The notes: generated by a model not told the origin, from the sequence alone. 64,000 nucleotides of DNA from an uncultured Gammaproteobacteria bacterium (GCA_963782845.1 CAWALM010000011.1:255-64254), one strand, 5' to 3'. Shown: positions 22,256 to 33,542, numbered from the stretch's first letter. Numbers and translations are program-made.

Positions 22256-22984
22256 TCAGGTCCGGAAGACCCACTCCGGCACCGTGCGCCATCCCGCCAA
22301 CAGCTCGCGATCGAGGCGCTGGAAATCCGGCTCGAGCTGCTCCACGAGATGCCAAAATTTGCGCGAATGGTTCATGTGCCGGGTATGTGCGAGCTCGTGC
22401 ACGCACAGGTAGCGCACGACCTCGGCGCGTTGAAACAACAGCGCGCAGTTCAAGCTCACGGTGCCGCGCGTCGAGCAGCTTCCCCAGCGCGTGCGCTGGC
22501 AGCGGATCGAGATGCGCGCGATCGGCATCTCGAAGACGGCAGCGAGTTCGAGCAGCGGCGGCGCGAGGCGCTCCGCTGCGCACTTCTTGAGCCAGCGGCG
22601 CAGCAGCAGGCGCGCATCGCGGTCGGTGGGCGCGGTCAGCAGCACGCGCTGCTGCTGCTGCCGCAGTGAACGCGGCGCGCCCGCCCGCCAATCGATCTCG
22701 AAACGCTCGCCGGTCATTTGAAACTCGATCGCAGCAGGGACCGGGTCGGAGGCCTGCACGTGGCTCTGCATTGCCGCGACCTTGCGATCGATCCACGGCG
22801 TGAAACGCTGTACGAAGTCCCGGACCGATTTCGCGCTCACGCCCTCGGGCACGACGATCTCGACGCGGCCGCCCACGTGCACACGCGCGGTCAGCCGGCG
22901 CGCGCGCGTGCTCACGCGCACCGCAAACGCATCGTTCGGACTACGCGCCTCAAACAGAGACAATTGTGTTCCGTGAATTTTCAC
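22256..22984 (-). CDS. YgjP-like (DUF45/M48-related) zinc metallohydrolase
   Basis: HELAHTRHMNHS (HExxH) near the C-terminus and WGSCS upstream. I prefer the GTG start at 22984 (243 aa). The ORF-track start at 23134 would overlap the next gene. Confidence 0.7.
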   Translation of the reverse strand: MKIHGTQLSLFEARSPNDAFAVRVSTRARRLTARVHVGGRVEIVVPEGVSAKSVRDFVQRFTPWIDRKVAAMQSHVQASDPVPAAIEFQMTGERFEIDWRAGAPRSLRQQQQRVLLTAPTDRDARLLLRRWLKKCAAERLAPPLLELAAVFEMPIARISIRCQRTRWGSCSTRGTVSLNCALLFQRAEVVRYLCVHELAHTRHMNHSRKFWHLVEQLEPDFQRLDRELLAGWRTVPEWVFRT

Positions 22985-23075
22985 GCCGAGCCCGGACGTT
23001 GCCGAATGAGGATCGGAATAATACCAGGTTAGAGGCGCCAGTCGGATGGGCGCGGCGGTGCGGATTATGTGCGAT

Positions 23076-23858
23076 TCAATGCTGCGTGAGAGCCGCAAGC
23101 TGGCGCTGCGCCGCCTTGAAATCCGGCGCCGCAATCAGCGATTTCTCGATCCAATTGCGTGCCGCGAGCACATCACCGCGGCGCAGGTATTGGCGGCCGA
23201 GCGCGAGGTAGGCGTCGGCGTGTCCCCAGCCCGGCGCGTCCAGATTGGTCGCCGAGGTTTCGTCGAAGCGCTGCGCGGCCAGCTGCAGCTCGGCGAACGC
23301 CTGGGCGCTCTCCGGCGATCCGGGCTTCGCGCGCTCAAGGTCGTTGGTCGCCCGCAGCAGCAGCACGCGGGGATTGCGGGCAGCGAGCTTGGACGCGGTG
23401 GAGAGCCGGTCGGCGGCCTTGCTGCGCAGGATCACGCCCTCGACCTTGCGGAATTTCGCGAGGTCCTCGAGGCAGGCCGAGGAGAGCACGAGCGCTTCGA
23501 CCGAACGGGAGTCGTGGTCGAGCAGCTTCGAGACCTGCTCGGCGCAATCGGCGAGCGCGGCCTCGGCCTGGCGGCGATGCGCATCGCCCAGCAGCTGCGC
23601 GAGACGATAATCCGCATGCGCGAGGTGGTAGCGCAGCGCCAGATCGGCGCCGTTGGCCTTGACATCGGTCGAGAGCGACTGCACCAGGTCGGTCATCTGA
23701 TTGAGATCCTCGGTCTCGTATGCGTAGAGGATCTGAGCCTGGATGTCGCCGCCCATTTGGGCGAGGCACGGCAGCGCGAGCGCGACACTCGCCAACAAGG
23801 CGATGCCACGTGGAATCAGACGAGTTAGTCCCTGCAAGCGGCGGATCCCGATTACCAT
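23076..23858 (-). CDS. secreted helical-repeat (TPR-like) protein
   Basis: 260 aa from ATG 23858. Signal peptide MVIGIRRLQGLTRLIPRGIALLASVALALPCLAQ. The C-terminal block YLALGRQYLRRGDVLAARNWIEKSLIAAPDF is TPR-like. The longer ORF-track version (to 24365) is antisense to tatD. Confidence 0.5.
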   Translation of the reverse strand: MVIGIRRLQGLTRLIPRGIALLASVALALPCLAQMGGDIQAQILYAYETEDLNQMTDLVQSLSTDVKANGADLALRYHLAHADYRLAQLLGDAHRRQAEAALADCAEQVSKLLDHDSRSVEALVLSSACLEDLAKFRKVEGVILRSKAADRLSTASKLAARNPRVLLLRATNDLERAKPGSPESAQAFAELQLAAQRFDETSATNLDAPGWGHADAYLALGRQYLRRGDVLAARNWIEKSLIAAPDFKAAQRQLAALTQH

Positions 23859-23894
23859 ATGCAGCGTGACGATAGCACACTCCGGTGACCGGCC

Positions 23895-24686
23895 TTGACG
23901 ATCGAATTCGTCGACATTGGATCGAATCTGACCCACGAAAGCTTCGGCGCGGACCGGGATGAGGTCCTCGAGCGGGCATTGCGCGCGGGCGTCGTCCAGC
24001 AGCTCGTGACGGGAGCGGATCTCGCGAGTTCCCGCTCGGCCGCCGCCCTCGCTCGCGCCCATCCGGGCATGCTCGCCAGCACCGCGGGCGTGCATCCGCA
24101 TCACGCGGCCGCGTACGAGCCGGCTTGCGCCGCGCTGTTTCGCGAACTCCTTGCCGGCTCCGAGACGGTCGCGGTCGGCGAGTGCGGGCTCGATTATTAT
24201 CGGGATTTCTCGCCGCGTGCCGCGCAGCGTGCGGCGTTCGTCGCGCAGTTGGCGCTCGCGGTCGAGGTCGGCAAACCGGTGTTCTTGCATCAGCGCGACG
24301 CGCACGCGGACTTCGTCGCGATCCTCGGCGAGTTTTCGACGCGGCTTGCGGGCGGTGTCGCCCACTGCTTCACGGGTGGAATCCCCGAGTTGGAAGCCTA
24401 TCTCGAACTCGGCCTCTCGATCGGCGTCACCGGCTGGATCTGCGACGAGCGGCGCGGCGGGAGCCTGCGCGAAGCCGCGCCGCGCATACCCGCCGAGCGG
24501 CTCATGCTCGAGACCGACGCGCCCTATCTGCTACCGCGGGATCTCGTGCCGGCGCCGAAATCACGGCGCAACGAGCCTGCGTATCTGCCGCATATCGCGC
24601 GCGTCGTCGCGGGCCTCCGTGGTGAATCGCTCGAAGCCTTGGGCCGCACGACGACCGCGAACGCGCGCCGCCTGTTTCGCCTATAG
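23895..24686 (+). CDS. TatD family hydrolase
   Basis: 263 aa. Contains FVDIGSNLTHESF, GECGLDYYR, FLHQRDA, VAHCFTG and ETDAPYL. Confidence 0.85.
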   Translation: MTIEFVDIGSNLTHESFGADRDEVLERALRAGVVQQLVTGADLASSRSAAALARAHPGMLASTAGVHPHHAAAYEPACAALFRELLAGSETVAVGECGLDYYRDFSPRAAQRAAFVAQLALAVEVGKPVFLHQRDAHADFVAILGEFSTRLAGGVAHCFTGGIPELEAYLELGLSIGVTGWICDERRGGSLREAAPRIPAERLMLETDAPYLLPRDLVPAPKSRRNEPAYLPHIARVVAGLRGESLEALGRTTTANARRLFRL

Positions 24687-25280
24687 GCTCGTAACGCTGT
24701 GCGGGCTCGGCTGCAGCTGGGAGCGCAGGCGCGTCCAAACTTCGAGCAGCTTCGGGTACAGCGGCGAATTTTTCATCGAGGCATCGACGCGCGGGAATTC
24801 GACTTCGATGCTGTCGAGCATCAGCACCCACTTCGGCATGCCCTTCGTGAACTTGCCGAGATTCGAGAACAGCAAGCGGCCTTCGACCGGCGTCTCGCCG
24901 ACGATCGCCTTGACCGCCGCGATTCGATCGTAGAGCGCGGGTTGGGGGTTGTCGAACGTGAAGCGGCGGCCGCGCGCCATCACGGTCCACTCGCTCATCT
25001 GATCGCCGCCGAAGATCAGGCCGGGCACGCGCCGCGCATCGAGGATCAGCACGCCCCGCGGCGTCAGCAGCAGATGATCGACGTGGAAATAGCCGCCCAT
25101 GCCGTCCGGCACCTGGACTTGATGCGCCGTTTCGAACGCGATGTTCGCCAAGCGCGCCAGCAGTGCGCGGCGGCGCGCGCGCCGTCCATAGGCACGCGCC
25201 GCGACGACGGCGATGCCGACCACGAGCACCGCGGCCGCCCCGATTCCGATCCACTTCGAATCGATGGGCAGATCGTTCAT
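24681..25280 (-). CDS. NERD domain membrane-anchored protein
   Basis: 199 aa from ATG 25280. N-terminal TM segment (WIGIGAAAVLVVGIAVVAA), then the NERD-like core FHVDHLLLTPRGVLILDAR. Its ATG overlaps the thrC stop (ATGA). Confidence 0.65.
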   Translation of the reverse strand: MNDLPIDSKWIGIGAAAVLVVGIAVVAARAYGRRARRRALLARLANIAFETAHQVQVPDGMGGYFHVDHLLLTPRGVLILDARRVPGLIFGGDQMSEWTVMARGRRFTFDNPQPALYDRIAAVKAIVGETPVEGRLLFSNLGKFTKGMPKWVLMLDSIEVEFPRVDASMKNSPLYPKLLEVWTRLRSQLQPSPHSVTSL

Positions 25281-26619
25281 GCGAGCGCGGCGGTGAGCGC
25301 CGCCAGGGTCGGCGCGACGTCGACGACCTGGCGCGGCAAGCGCAGCAAGCGCGCGAGGCTCGGCGGCACCTCGGGAGGCTTTCCGATCAAGGGCGCCACG
25401 ATCTCGCTGAATTTCGCCGGATGGGCGGTGGCCACGACGACCCAGGGCCGATCGCGGCGCTGCGCCTCCGGGAGGCGGGCGTAGACTTCGGCAGCCGTGG
25501 CGGTATGCGGACACCAAATGCGACCAAAGCGCGCGAAATCCGCGCGTATGCGCGCGCGAATCGCCGCGTCATCGACGCTCACCGCGCAGAGTTGAGCGCG
25601 CATCGCGGGCAGATCCGGATACAGCGACTGCAGCCGCTCCATGTTGCTCGGATTTCCGACGTCCATCGCGGAGGCAAGCGTCGCAATGCTCGGCCGCGGC
25701 CGCCATTCGCCGCTCTCGAGGAAATCGGGAACGGTACGATTGAGGTTGTGCGCGAGCACGATGCGATCGATCGGACAGCCGATCGCGCGGGCCAACACGG
25801 CGGCAAAGGCGTTGCCCAAGTTGCCCGCGGGCACGATGTACGAGGCACGGGCGCCGCAGCGCCGGTGGATCGCGGCGCTCGAGGCTGCGTAATAGGTCAT
25901 TTGCGGCAGCAAGCGGCCGATGTTGATGCTATTGGCGGAGCTGAACCGGTGCTTGGAGCGCAGATCGGCATCGAGGAACGCTTGCTTGACGAGTCGCTGA
26001 CAGTCGTCGAATGTTCCGTCGATGCGCAGCGACAGCACGTTCCCCCCCAGCAGGTCAGCTGCTGCTCCTGCAGCGGGCTCACGAGCCCCTTCGGATAGAG
26101 GATCACGATCCGCACCCACGGGCGCCGGTGAAACGCCGCCGCTACCGCGCCGCCGGTGTCGCCCGAGGTCGCCACCAGTATCGTGAGCGGCAAGGCCGCC
26201 CCGCTCTCTAGCCGCTGCAGGCTCTCGGCGAGGAAGCGCGCGCCAAAATCCTTGAACGCGGCCGTCGGGCCATGATAGAGCTCGAGCGCGAACAGCGGAT
26301 CGGCCGACCCCTCGACCGCGGTCGTCGGGGCTTCGAGGTCGAGAGCCGCATCGGCGATCGCCGCCAGCTGCGGCTCGAGCGCATCGCCCTCGAAAAAGCC
26401 GCGCAGCGCGACGCGCGCGATTCGTGGCAGGCGCGCGTTCGGCGCGAGGTCGCGGTTCGCGAGCGTCTGCTCGAGCGCGGCGAGTTCCGCGCTTGCGAGC
26501 TGCGGCAGCCGGCGCGGAACGTAGAGTCCGCCGTCCGGCGCGAGACCGCGCGCGATCGCCTCGCTGAGCGTGGCGGGCGGCGCCTCGGCGCGCGTGCTGA
26601 CGTAGGCCGGCGCCGACAT
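25277..26619 (-). pseudogene. thrC: threonine synthase interrupted by a frameshift at a C7 (G7 on the coding strand) run at 26042-26048
   Basis: The N-terminal part (frame of ORF 25897..27036 from MSAPAYVSTRAE) has the PLP-Lys block TAAFKDFGARF and ATSGDTGGA. The C-terminal part (frame of ORF 25277..26752) resumes at GGNVLSLRIDGTFDDCQ. One extra G in TGCTGGGGGGGAAC restores CWGGNV. Confidence 0.85.
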
Positions 26620-27551
26620 CAGGCCTTGACCACGCGGGCGCCGTAATTTTCGATCGAGGAAATCCAATGATCGGACTGCAACCCGTGCTGCGAGAAGGCG
26701 GCCGCCATCGCGCCGCGCACCGCCTCGGCGTATTGAATTTCCGACCAGGCAAACACCGTCGGTCCCGCGCCTGAAATCGAGCAGCCGAGCGCGCCGGCCG
26801 ACATCGCGGCGCGCTTGACGTCCTTGAAACCGGGGATCAACTGATAGCGCTGCGGCTCGATGACGACATCGTCGAACGACTCGCGAATCATGTCCAAATC
26901 GTTCGAGTAGCAGCCGCTGATGAAGCCCGCGAGATTTGCGGTCTGCCAGACGAAATCCGAGCGCGTGACGTCGGTCTTGAGGATTGCGCGCGCCTCGCGT
27001 GTGCCCAAATGCATGTGCGGATGCACGAGCACGCAACGCAGCGACGCCGGGACCGGAATCTGCTTGACCCGCGGATGGTCGATGCCCACGGTCAGCACGA
27101 GTCCGCCGAACAAGCTCGGCGCGATGTTGTCGAGATGGGCCGAGCCGCTCGCGACGATCTCGCCCTCCATCGCGAACTTCAACAATCGCAGCCGCGGCAG
27201 CGGCTGCTCGAGCAGCGCATTGGCCGCAACCACCGCGGCGACCGCCGAGGCGGCCGAGCCGCCCATCCCGGACGAGAGCGGGATCCCCTTCTCGATGTCG
27301 AGCTCGAATCCGTACGACAAGCCGAGCGCCTCGTGCAGCGCCTGCACGGCGCGGCCCGCCGTGTTCTTCGGCGGGTCGACGGGGAGCTCGCCCGCAACGC
27401 CCGAAATCGAGCGGATGCGCACGAGCGGCTCCTCGATGCGCCGCAGGCGCACGCGGTCGCCGACCGCCTCGACCGTGTGCCCCAGGATATCGAAGCCGAT
27501 CGCGACGTTGGCGACCGTGGCGGGAGCAAAGGCGGTGACGTCGGTGAGCAC
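26619..27551 (-). CDS. thrB: homoserine kinase
   Basis: 310 aa. GHMP motif GIPLSSGMGGSAASAVAAV. Its stop overlaps the thrC ATG by 1 nt. Confidence 0.85.
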   Translation of the reverse strand: MLTDVTAFAPATVANVAIGFDILGHTVEAVGDRVRLRRIEEPLVRIRSISGVAGELPVDPPKNTAGRAVQALHEALGLSYGFELDIEKGIPLSSGMGGSAASAVAAVVAANALLEQPLPRLRLLKFAMEGEIVASGSAHLDNIAPSLFGGLVLTVGIDHPRVKQIPVPASLRCVLVHPHMHLGTREARAILKTDVTRSDFVWQTANLAGFISGCYSNDLDMIRESFDDVVIEPQRYQLIPGFKDVKRAAMSAGALGCSISGAGPTVFAWSEIQYAEAVRGAMAAAFSQHGLQSDHWISSIENYGARVVKA

Positions 27552-27572
27552 GGAAATCCCTTTGAAGCCAGG

Positions 27573-30044
27573 CTAGATATGAGCGCCGAGATAGGCCGAG
27601 AGGCGCAGCAAATCCGAGAATACACCGCCGGCCGTGACCTCGGGCCCCGCTCCCGGCCCCTGCACGATCAGGGGGTTGTCGCAGTAGCGGCGCGTTGCGA
27701 AGCGCACGACGTTGTCGGTGAGCGCAATGTTACCAAACGCATGCTTGGCATCGAGGCGCGTGAGGCCCACGGTCGCCTTGCCGGCGGAGTCGATGCGCCC
27801 GACGTAGCGCAAGACCTGCTGGTGCGAGCGCGCGTCGGCGAGCGTCCCCGCCATCGCGGCGTCGAATTCGGGCAGGCGCTTCATGAACTCCTCGATGCTG
27901 CAGTTGCGCAACGCCTCGGGAACCAGCCCTTCGACCTGCACGTCGGCGAGTTCGAGCGTCAGTCCCATTTCGCGCGCGAGAATGATGAGCTTGCGCGCGA
28001 CGTCCGCGCCCGACAGGTCGTCGCGCGGATCGGGCTCGGTGTAGCCTTTTTGTTTCGCGACCGCGACGATTGCGGAAAACGGCTCGCGGCCGTCATAGAC
28101 GTTGAATAAATACGCGAGTGTGCCCGAAAAAATACCCTCGATGCTCGTGATCTCGTCGCCGGTCTCGCGCAAATCGCGCAAGGTCTGAATGATCGGCAGC
28201 CCCGCCCCGACGGTCGCCTCGTATAGATAATGGGTACCCGCGTCGCGGCGCGCCGCCTGCAGCGAGCGGTAATACGGCATCGGACCGCTGTTGGCCTTCT
28301 TGTTCGGCGTCACGACGTGCAGACCGCGCGCGAGCCAGGCCTGATAATGCGACGCAATCACCGGGCTCGCCGTGCAATCGATGACGACGGTGTGCGGAAT
28401 GTAGTCGCACTGGACATGATTGACGAATTTCTCCAGATCGAGCGGCTCGCCCGCTACCTTAAGCTGCTCGCTCCAGGAACCGAGATCGATTTCGGTTTCC
28501 GCGAGCAGCATGCGCTTCGAGGTCGCAATGGCGCGCACCCGCAAATCGACGTTGAGCCGCCGCAAGCGCTCGAGCTGACTCGCGATCTGCTCGAGCAGCA
28601 CGCGACCCACGGTGCCGGGGCCGATCAGGCCGATCGAAAGGGTATTCGGCGACAAATAGAAGCCGGCGTGCACCGCACGCAACGCCTTCGCCGCGTTTTT
28701 GCCGTCGACGACGACCGAAATGTTGCGCTCCGAGGCGCCCTGCGCAATCGCCCGAACGTTGACGGCCGCGCGGCCGAGCGAATTGAACACCTGTGCCGCG
28801 ATGCCGTGGGCGCCGGCCATGCCGTCGCCGACGACCGCCAGGATGCTCATGCCGAGTGCGAGCTCGACGCTCTGAATCTGCCCGTCGCGCAATTCCGTAT
28901 CGAAGGCGCGGCGCACGGCCTCCTCGGCGCGCTCGGCCTGCGCCTGCGGAATCGCGAAGCAAATCGAATGCTCGGAGCTGCCCTGCGAGATCAAGATCAC
29001 CGAAATTCCCGCGTCGCGCAGCGCGCCGAAGAGCCGATGCGCGGTTCCGGGCACGCCGATCATGCCCGCACCCTCGACGTTGATGAGCGCCACCGGGTCG
29101 ATCGTCGTGATGCCTTTGACCTTGAGCGCCGAGGTCGGCCGCGCGCAGATCAAGGTGCCGGGCTTCGAAGGCGCAAAGGTGTTGCGGATGTAGATCGGAA
29201 TGTCGCGCGCGACCGCCGGCTCCATCGTCTGCGGATGGATGACCTTGGCGCCGAAGTATGCGAGTTCCATCGCCTCGTTGTAGGAAAGCTGGTCGATGAC
29301 CTGGGCATTCGGCACGAGCCGCGGATCGGCCGAGAGCACGCCGTCGACGTCGGTCCAGATGTGAATTTCGCGCGCATTGAGCAGAGCACCGAAGATCGAA
29401 CCCGAGTAGTCGCTGCCGTTGCGGCCGAGCGTGGTTTGCAGTCCCTTGACCGTGGTTGCGATGAAGCCGGTGACCACGAGACGCCCGACGAAGTTATCGT
29501 CGACGAGCTTGCGCAACTGGGCTTCGCTCTCGGTCCATTGCACGGCGGGCCCGAGCGGACCCCATTCGACGACAATGACCTTGCGCGCATCGATCCAGCG
29601 GACCTCGCCGGCGACGCGCGCGCGCTCGCGCAGGTATGGAGCGAACAAACGCGTCGACCAGATCTCGCCGTAGCCCGCGATGACGTCGCGCAAGGAGTAC
29701 GGAGCGGTGCGGATCAGGCGCACGGTCTGCAGCATGCCCGCGATATTGCGAACGTCGTGGTCGAGATCCGTCCCGTAGGCGGCTTGCGCTTGTTTCGAGA
29801 CCAGCGCCGCCGCGAGCTCGATATGCCGTACGCGAACCGCCTCGAGCGCCGTCAAAAAGTCGCCGTCCGCTCGTTCCGCGAGCGTCACCAGCCCGAGCAG
29901 ACTGTCGGTCACGCCGCGGCAGGCCGACAGCACGACCGCTTCCCGGGGATTCTGCGATGCCTCGACGATTTCCGCGACGCGCTTGAAGCAGCCCGCGTCT
30001 GCGACGCTCGAGCCGCCAAATTTATGTACGATCCATTTGTCCAT
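27573..30044 (-). CDS. thrA: bifunctional aspartokinase / homoserine dehydrogenase
   Basis: 823 aa. N-terminal HKFGGSSVA aspartokinase block, ACT-region length, and a C-terminal homoserine dehydrogenase domain (IGLIGPGTVG ... GAGLPII). Confidence 0.92.
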   Translation of the reverse strand: MDKWIVHKFGGSSVADAGCFKRVAEIVEASQNPREAVVLSACRGVTDSLLGLVTLAERADGDFLTALEAVRVRHIELAAALVSKQAQAAYGTDLDHDVRNIAGMLQTVRLIRTAPYSLRDVIAGYGEIWSTRLFAPYLRERARVAGEVRWIDARKVIVVEWGPLGPAVQWTESEAQLRKLVDDNFVGRLVVTGFIATTVKGLQTTLGRNGSDYSGSIFGALLNAREIHIWTDVDGVLSADPRLVPNAQVIDQLSYNEAMELAYFGAKVIHPQTMEPAVARDIPIYIRNTFAPSKPGTLICARPTSALKVKGITTIDPVALINVEGAGMIGVPGTAHRLFGALRDAGISVILISQGSSEHSICFAIPQAQAERAEEAVRRAFDTELRDGQIQSVELALGMSILAVVGDGMAGAHGIAAQVFNSLGRAAVNVRAIAQGASERNISVVVDGKNAAKALRAVHAGFYLSPNTLSIGLIGPGTVGRVLLEQIASQLERLRRLNVDLRVRAIATSKRMLLAETEIDLGSWSEQLKVAGEPLDLEKFVNHVQCDYIPHTVVIDCTASPVIASHYQAWLARGLHVVTPNKKANSGPMPYYRSLQAARRDAGTHYLYEATVGAGLPIIQTLRDLRETGDEITSIEGIFSGTLAYLFNVYDGREPFSAIVAVAKQKGYTEPDPRDDLSGADVARKLIILAREMGLTLELADVQVEGLVPEALRNCSIEEFMKRLPEFDAAMAGTLADARSHQQVLRYVGRIDSAGKATVGLTRLDAKHAFGNIALTDNVVRFATRRYCDNPLIVQGPGAGPEVTAGGVFSDLLRLSAYLGAHI

Positions 30045-30193
30045 GATTCACGCGCGCCGGTTTTACAACCGGCGTTCTGCGGCACTCCCAATTAAACCTA
30101 AGTGAATGAATTGCGGCGGGAAACCGTTCGATAACCGCGAACTTTAATCGGTCCGGCGGGAGCCAAGCAAGCAATTCCGCTAGACTTGACGAC

Positions 30194-31270
30194 GTGAATC
30201 ATACGCTGAGTGAAATTTGCAGATTTTTTCGTGCGGCCGAGCGCACCGCCCTGCCCCTCGTGCTCGCAAGCGTGCTGCGAACCGACGGCTCGACCTACAG
30301 CAAGGCCGGCGCACGCGTCTTGATCGCTGCCGACGGCCGCACCAGCGGCATGATCAGCGGCGGTTGCCTCGAAGCGGACCTGCGCGAGCGCGCGCTGCGC
30401 GTGCTCGCGCGCAAGCTCCCGGAGCGCGCTTGGTTCGATACGCGCGAGTCGGACGACCCAATATGGGGCCTCGGCATGGGCTGCGAAGGCGCGATGGACA
30501 TCTGGCTGCAAGCTGAACTGCCCGAGGACGATTATCCGGTCATGCGCTATATGCAGCGCTGCCTCGAGAGCGAGCAGGCGGCAACGATTGCGACCGTCGT
30601 CGGCGGTCAGGCTACTGCGTCGGAACTCGGCATCCATGCTTTTCGCGGACACCCGGGCGGCACGGCGCTCGAGACGCGCCTCGCCGCGCTGCTCGTGGCC
30701 GCGGCGCCGCGCTGTGCCGAGCTCAGATCGCTTCAGGTGGGCGATCGAGCGCTCGAGGTATTGATCGGCACGGTCGACCTCGCGCCGAGCCTGCTGATCT
30801 GCGGCGGGGGCGCGGATGCGGTTCCGGTGCAGTCTTTCGCGGCGAGTTTGGGGTGGCGCGTGACGGTGTTCGATCACCGCCCTGCGTACGCGAGCGATTC
30901 GCATTTCCCGCTGGCCGCGCGCGTCATTTGTGCGCGGCCCGAGGAACTCCCGCAGCGCCTCGAACTGCCGCGATTCGATGCGGCAGTCGTCATGAGCCAC
31001 AACCTCGTTGCCGACATCGCCTATTTGCGGGCGCTCGCGGCTCAGCCGCCGACCTACATCGGACTGCTCGGCCCACCGAACCGCCGCCAGCGGCTCATTG
31101 CGGAAGTCGGTGACGCTGTGCAGCACGTCGCCTCGCGCATTCACGGACCCGCGGGCCTCGACATCGGCGCCGGCAGTCCCGAAGGGATCGCGCTCGCAAT
31201 CATCGCGCAAATCCATGCGGCGCTGGCGGGAAAGCCGGGCGGCCCGTTCGAACCCGTTACGACCGGCTAG
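30194..31270 (+). CDS. XdhC/CoxI family accessory protein
   Basis: 358 aa. Contains [30 protein letters not shown] and the Rossmann-like block [13 protein letters not shown]. Confidence 0.8.
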   Translation: MNHTLSEICRFFRAAERTALPLVLASVLRTDGSTYSKAGARVLIAADGRTSGMISGGCLEADLRERALRVLARKLPERAWFDTRESDDPIWGLGMGCEGAMDIWLQAELPEDDYPVMRYMQRCLESEQAATIATVVGGQATASELGIHAFRGHPGGTALETRLAALLVAAAPRCAELRSLQVGDRALEVLIGTVDLAPSLLICGGGADAVPVQSFAASLGWRVTVFDHRPAYASDSHFPLAARVICARPEELPQRLELPRFDAAVVMSHNLVADIAYLRALAAQPPTYIGLLGPPNRRQRLIAEVGDAVQHVASRIHGPAGLDIGAGSPEGIALAIIAQIHAALAGKPGGPFEPVTTG

Positions 31271-33495
31271 GGCCGGGCGCGGGACTTCGATGCCCCATCG
31301 CGGCGCTTCGCGCCGCTGCCGGATTTGGGCAGTCCGCTATGCTGGGTCCGAAACGGCGTAGCCGCAGAGCGTCGAGGCGGCGCGGGCGCTCCCGGCACAG
31401 CGCGCCCGACCGAGCGGCTCCCAGGAAGGGGTTGGTATGCGGGAATCAGATGGTGCTTGCCGTTGCCGATCAGATCGGCGCGGCCCATGCGCTTGAGCGC
31501 ATCGCGCAACACCGGCCAATTCTCCGGGTCGTGGTAGCGCAGAAACGCCTTGTGCAAGCGGCGCACCTTGATGCCTTTCGGTATCACGACCTCCTCGCTG
31601 CTCCGCGAGACGCGCCGCAATGGGTTCTTGCCGGAGTGATACATCGCGGTCGCCGTGGCCATCGGCGAGGGCAGGAAGGCCTGCACCTGGTCGGCGCGAA
31701 AGCCGTTCTGCTTCAGCCACAGCGCGAGTTCGAGCATGTCCTGATCGCGCGTGCCGGGATGCGCCGCGATGAAGTACGGGATCAGGTACTGCTCCTTGCC
31801 CGCCTCACGCGAGTACTTGTCGAACAGCTCCTTGAATTTGTAGTAGCTCCCGACGCCCGGCTTCATCATTTTCGACAGCGGTCCGTCGCCGATCGCCTCG
31901 GGCGCGATTTTTAGATAGCCGCCGGTGTGGTGAGTCGCGAGCTCCTTGACGTATTCGGGCGACTCGATCGCGAGGTCATAGCGTACGCCCGAGGCGATCA
32001 GCACCTTCTTGACGCCCTTCAAGCTGCGCGCGCGCCGATAGAGTTTGATCAGCGGCGCGTGATCGGTGTCGAGATTCGGGCATACGGCCGGAAACACACA
32101 CGAGGGCCGGCGGCAGGCCGACTCGATCGCGCTGCTCTTGCAATGCAGCCGATACATGTTCGCGGTCGGTCCTCCGAGGTCCGATATCACGCCGGTAAAA
32201 CCGGGCACCCGATCTCGAATCGTCTCGATCTCGCGAATCACCGAGTCCTCGGAGCGGCTCTGGATGATGCGCCCCTCGTGTTCGGTGATCGAACAAAACG
32301 TGCAGCCGCCGAAACAGCCGCGCTGAATCGCGACCGAAAACCGGATCATGTGATAGGCGGGGATCTTCGCCTCGCCATACGAGGGATGCGGACGGCGCGC
32401 ATACGGCAATTCGTAAATCGCATCCATCTCGGCGGTCGCAAGCGGGATCGGCGGCGGATTGAGCCAGACATCCTGCGAGCCGTGCCGCTGAACCAAGGCG
32501 CGCGCATTGCCGGGATTGGACTCGAGATGCAGGATTCGCGACGCATGCGCATAGAGCACCGCATCGCCTCTGACGCTCTCGAACGCCGGCAAGCGAATCA
32601 CGCTGAGCGCCCGCTTATCGTTCGGAACCTTGCGGTAGAACTTGACGACGTTCTCGCGCGCCGTGCCGCTCGAGCCCGCGGCGACGCCCGCTGCACCCGG
32701 CGCCGGTGCGGCTGCGCCGAGTGTGCGCCTGCGGTCCTCCTCGGCGGCGTAGGGATCGACCGGTGGACTCAACGGTCCGGGCGTATCGAGTTCGGTCGAA
32801 TCGATCTCGATCCAGTCCGCGGGAACTTCGCGCCGGATGAAGGCCGTGCCGCGCAGGTCGGTGAGCGCGCCGATCGGCTGCCCTAAATCGAGGCGCCGCG
32901 CGATCTCGACGATCTGCCGCTCGGCATTGCCGAACACCAAGAGGTCCGCCTTGGCGTCGACCAGCACCGAGCGGCGCACCTGCTCGGACCAGTAATCGAA
33001 ATGCGCGATGCGCCGCAGACTCGCTTCGATGCCTCCGATGACGATCGGCGTCTGCCGGAACGCCTCGCGCACGCGCTGCGAATACACGATGACGCAGCGA
33101 TCGGGACGGCGGCCGCCGTGGCCGCCGGGCGTGTAGGCATCGTCGCTGCGCACCCGCCGATCCGAGGTGTAGCGATTGACCATCGAATCCATGTTGCCGC
33201 CGGTCACGCCGAAGAACAGCCGCGGCTCGCCGAGCACTTCGAAGTCACGCGCGCTGCGCCAGTCGGGTTGCGCGATGATGCCGACGCGAAAGCCGGCGGC
33301 CTCGAGCACGCGTCCGATGATCGCCATGCCGAAACTCGGGTGATCGACGTAGGCATCGCCGGTCACGAGGATCACGTCGCACCGATCCCAGCCGAGCGCG
33401 TCCATTTCGGCGCGCGAGGTCGGCAGAAACGGCGCCGGCCGCAGGCCGGCGTGTTTCACGTCAACACTTGAAAACAAGGGCGAGGCGGTTTGCAC
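31267..33495 (-). CDS. ygiQ: YgiQ family radical SAM protein
   Basis: 742 aa. N-terminal block [26 protein letters not shown] and the radical-SAM cluster [12 protein letters not shown]. Confidence 0.85.
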   Translation of the reverse strand: MQTASPLFSSVDVKHAGLRPAPFLPTSRAEMDALGWDRCDVILVTGDAYVDHPSFGMAIIGRVLEAAGFRVGIIAQPDWRSARDFEVLGEPRLFFGVTGGNMDSMVNRYTSDRRVRSDDAYTPGGHGGRRPDRCVIVYSQRVREAFRQTPIVIGGIEASLRRIAHFDYWSEQVRRSVLVDAKADLLVFGNAERQIVEIARRLDLGQPIGALTDLRGTAFIRREVPADWIEIDSTELDTPGPLSPPVDPYAAEEDRRRTLGAAAPAPGAAGVAAGSSGTARENVVKFYRKVPNDKRALSVIRLPAFESVRGDAVLYAHASRILHLESNPGNARALVQRHGSQDVWLNPPPIPLATAEMDAIYELPYARRPHPSYGEAKIPAYHMIRFSVAIQRGCFGGCTFCSITEHEGRIIQSRSEDSVIREIETIRDRVPGFTGVISDLGGPTANMYRLHCKSSAIESACRRPSCVFPAVCPNLDTDHAPLIKLYRRARSLKGVKKVLIASGVRYDLAIESPEYVKELATHHTGGYLKIAPEAIGDGPLSKMMKPGVGSYYKFKELFDKYSREAGKEQYLIPYFIAAHPGTRDQDMLELALWLKQNGFRADQVQAFLPSPMATATAMYHSGKNPLRRVSRSSEEVVIPKGIKVRRLHKAFLRYHDPENWPVLRDALKRMGRADLIGNGKHHLIPAYQPLPGSRSVGRAVPGAPAPPRRSAATPFRTQHSGLPKSGSGAKRRDGASKSRARP

Positions 33496-33542
33496 GCCCG
33501 GGATTAGAGCGGATTATCGCAGTCGATACAACGAAATCCGGC

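Noticed and set aside
25277-27036. Two separate genes (ORFs 25277..26752 and 25897..27036)
   Set aside because: The meaningful parts of the two ORFs are the N- and C-terminal halves of one threonine synthase, meeting at a C7 run. The remaining parts of both ORFs are Arg/Ala-rich nonsense.
30045-30193. thr operon leader peptide or attenuator upstream of thrA
   Set aside because: A 7-bp hairpin (CGCCGGT-N6-ACCGGCG, 30053-30072) lies just before the thrA ATG. There is no ATG-initiated Thr/Ile-rich mini-ORF in the 150-nt leader and no U-tract after the stem, so attenuation cannot be supported.
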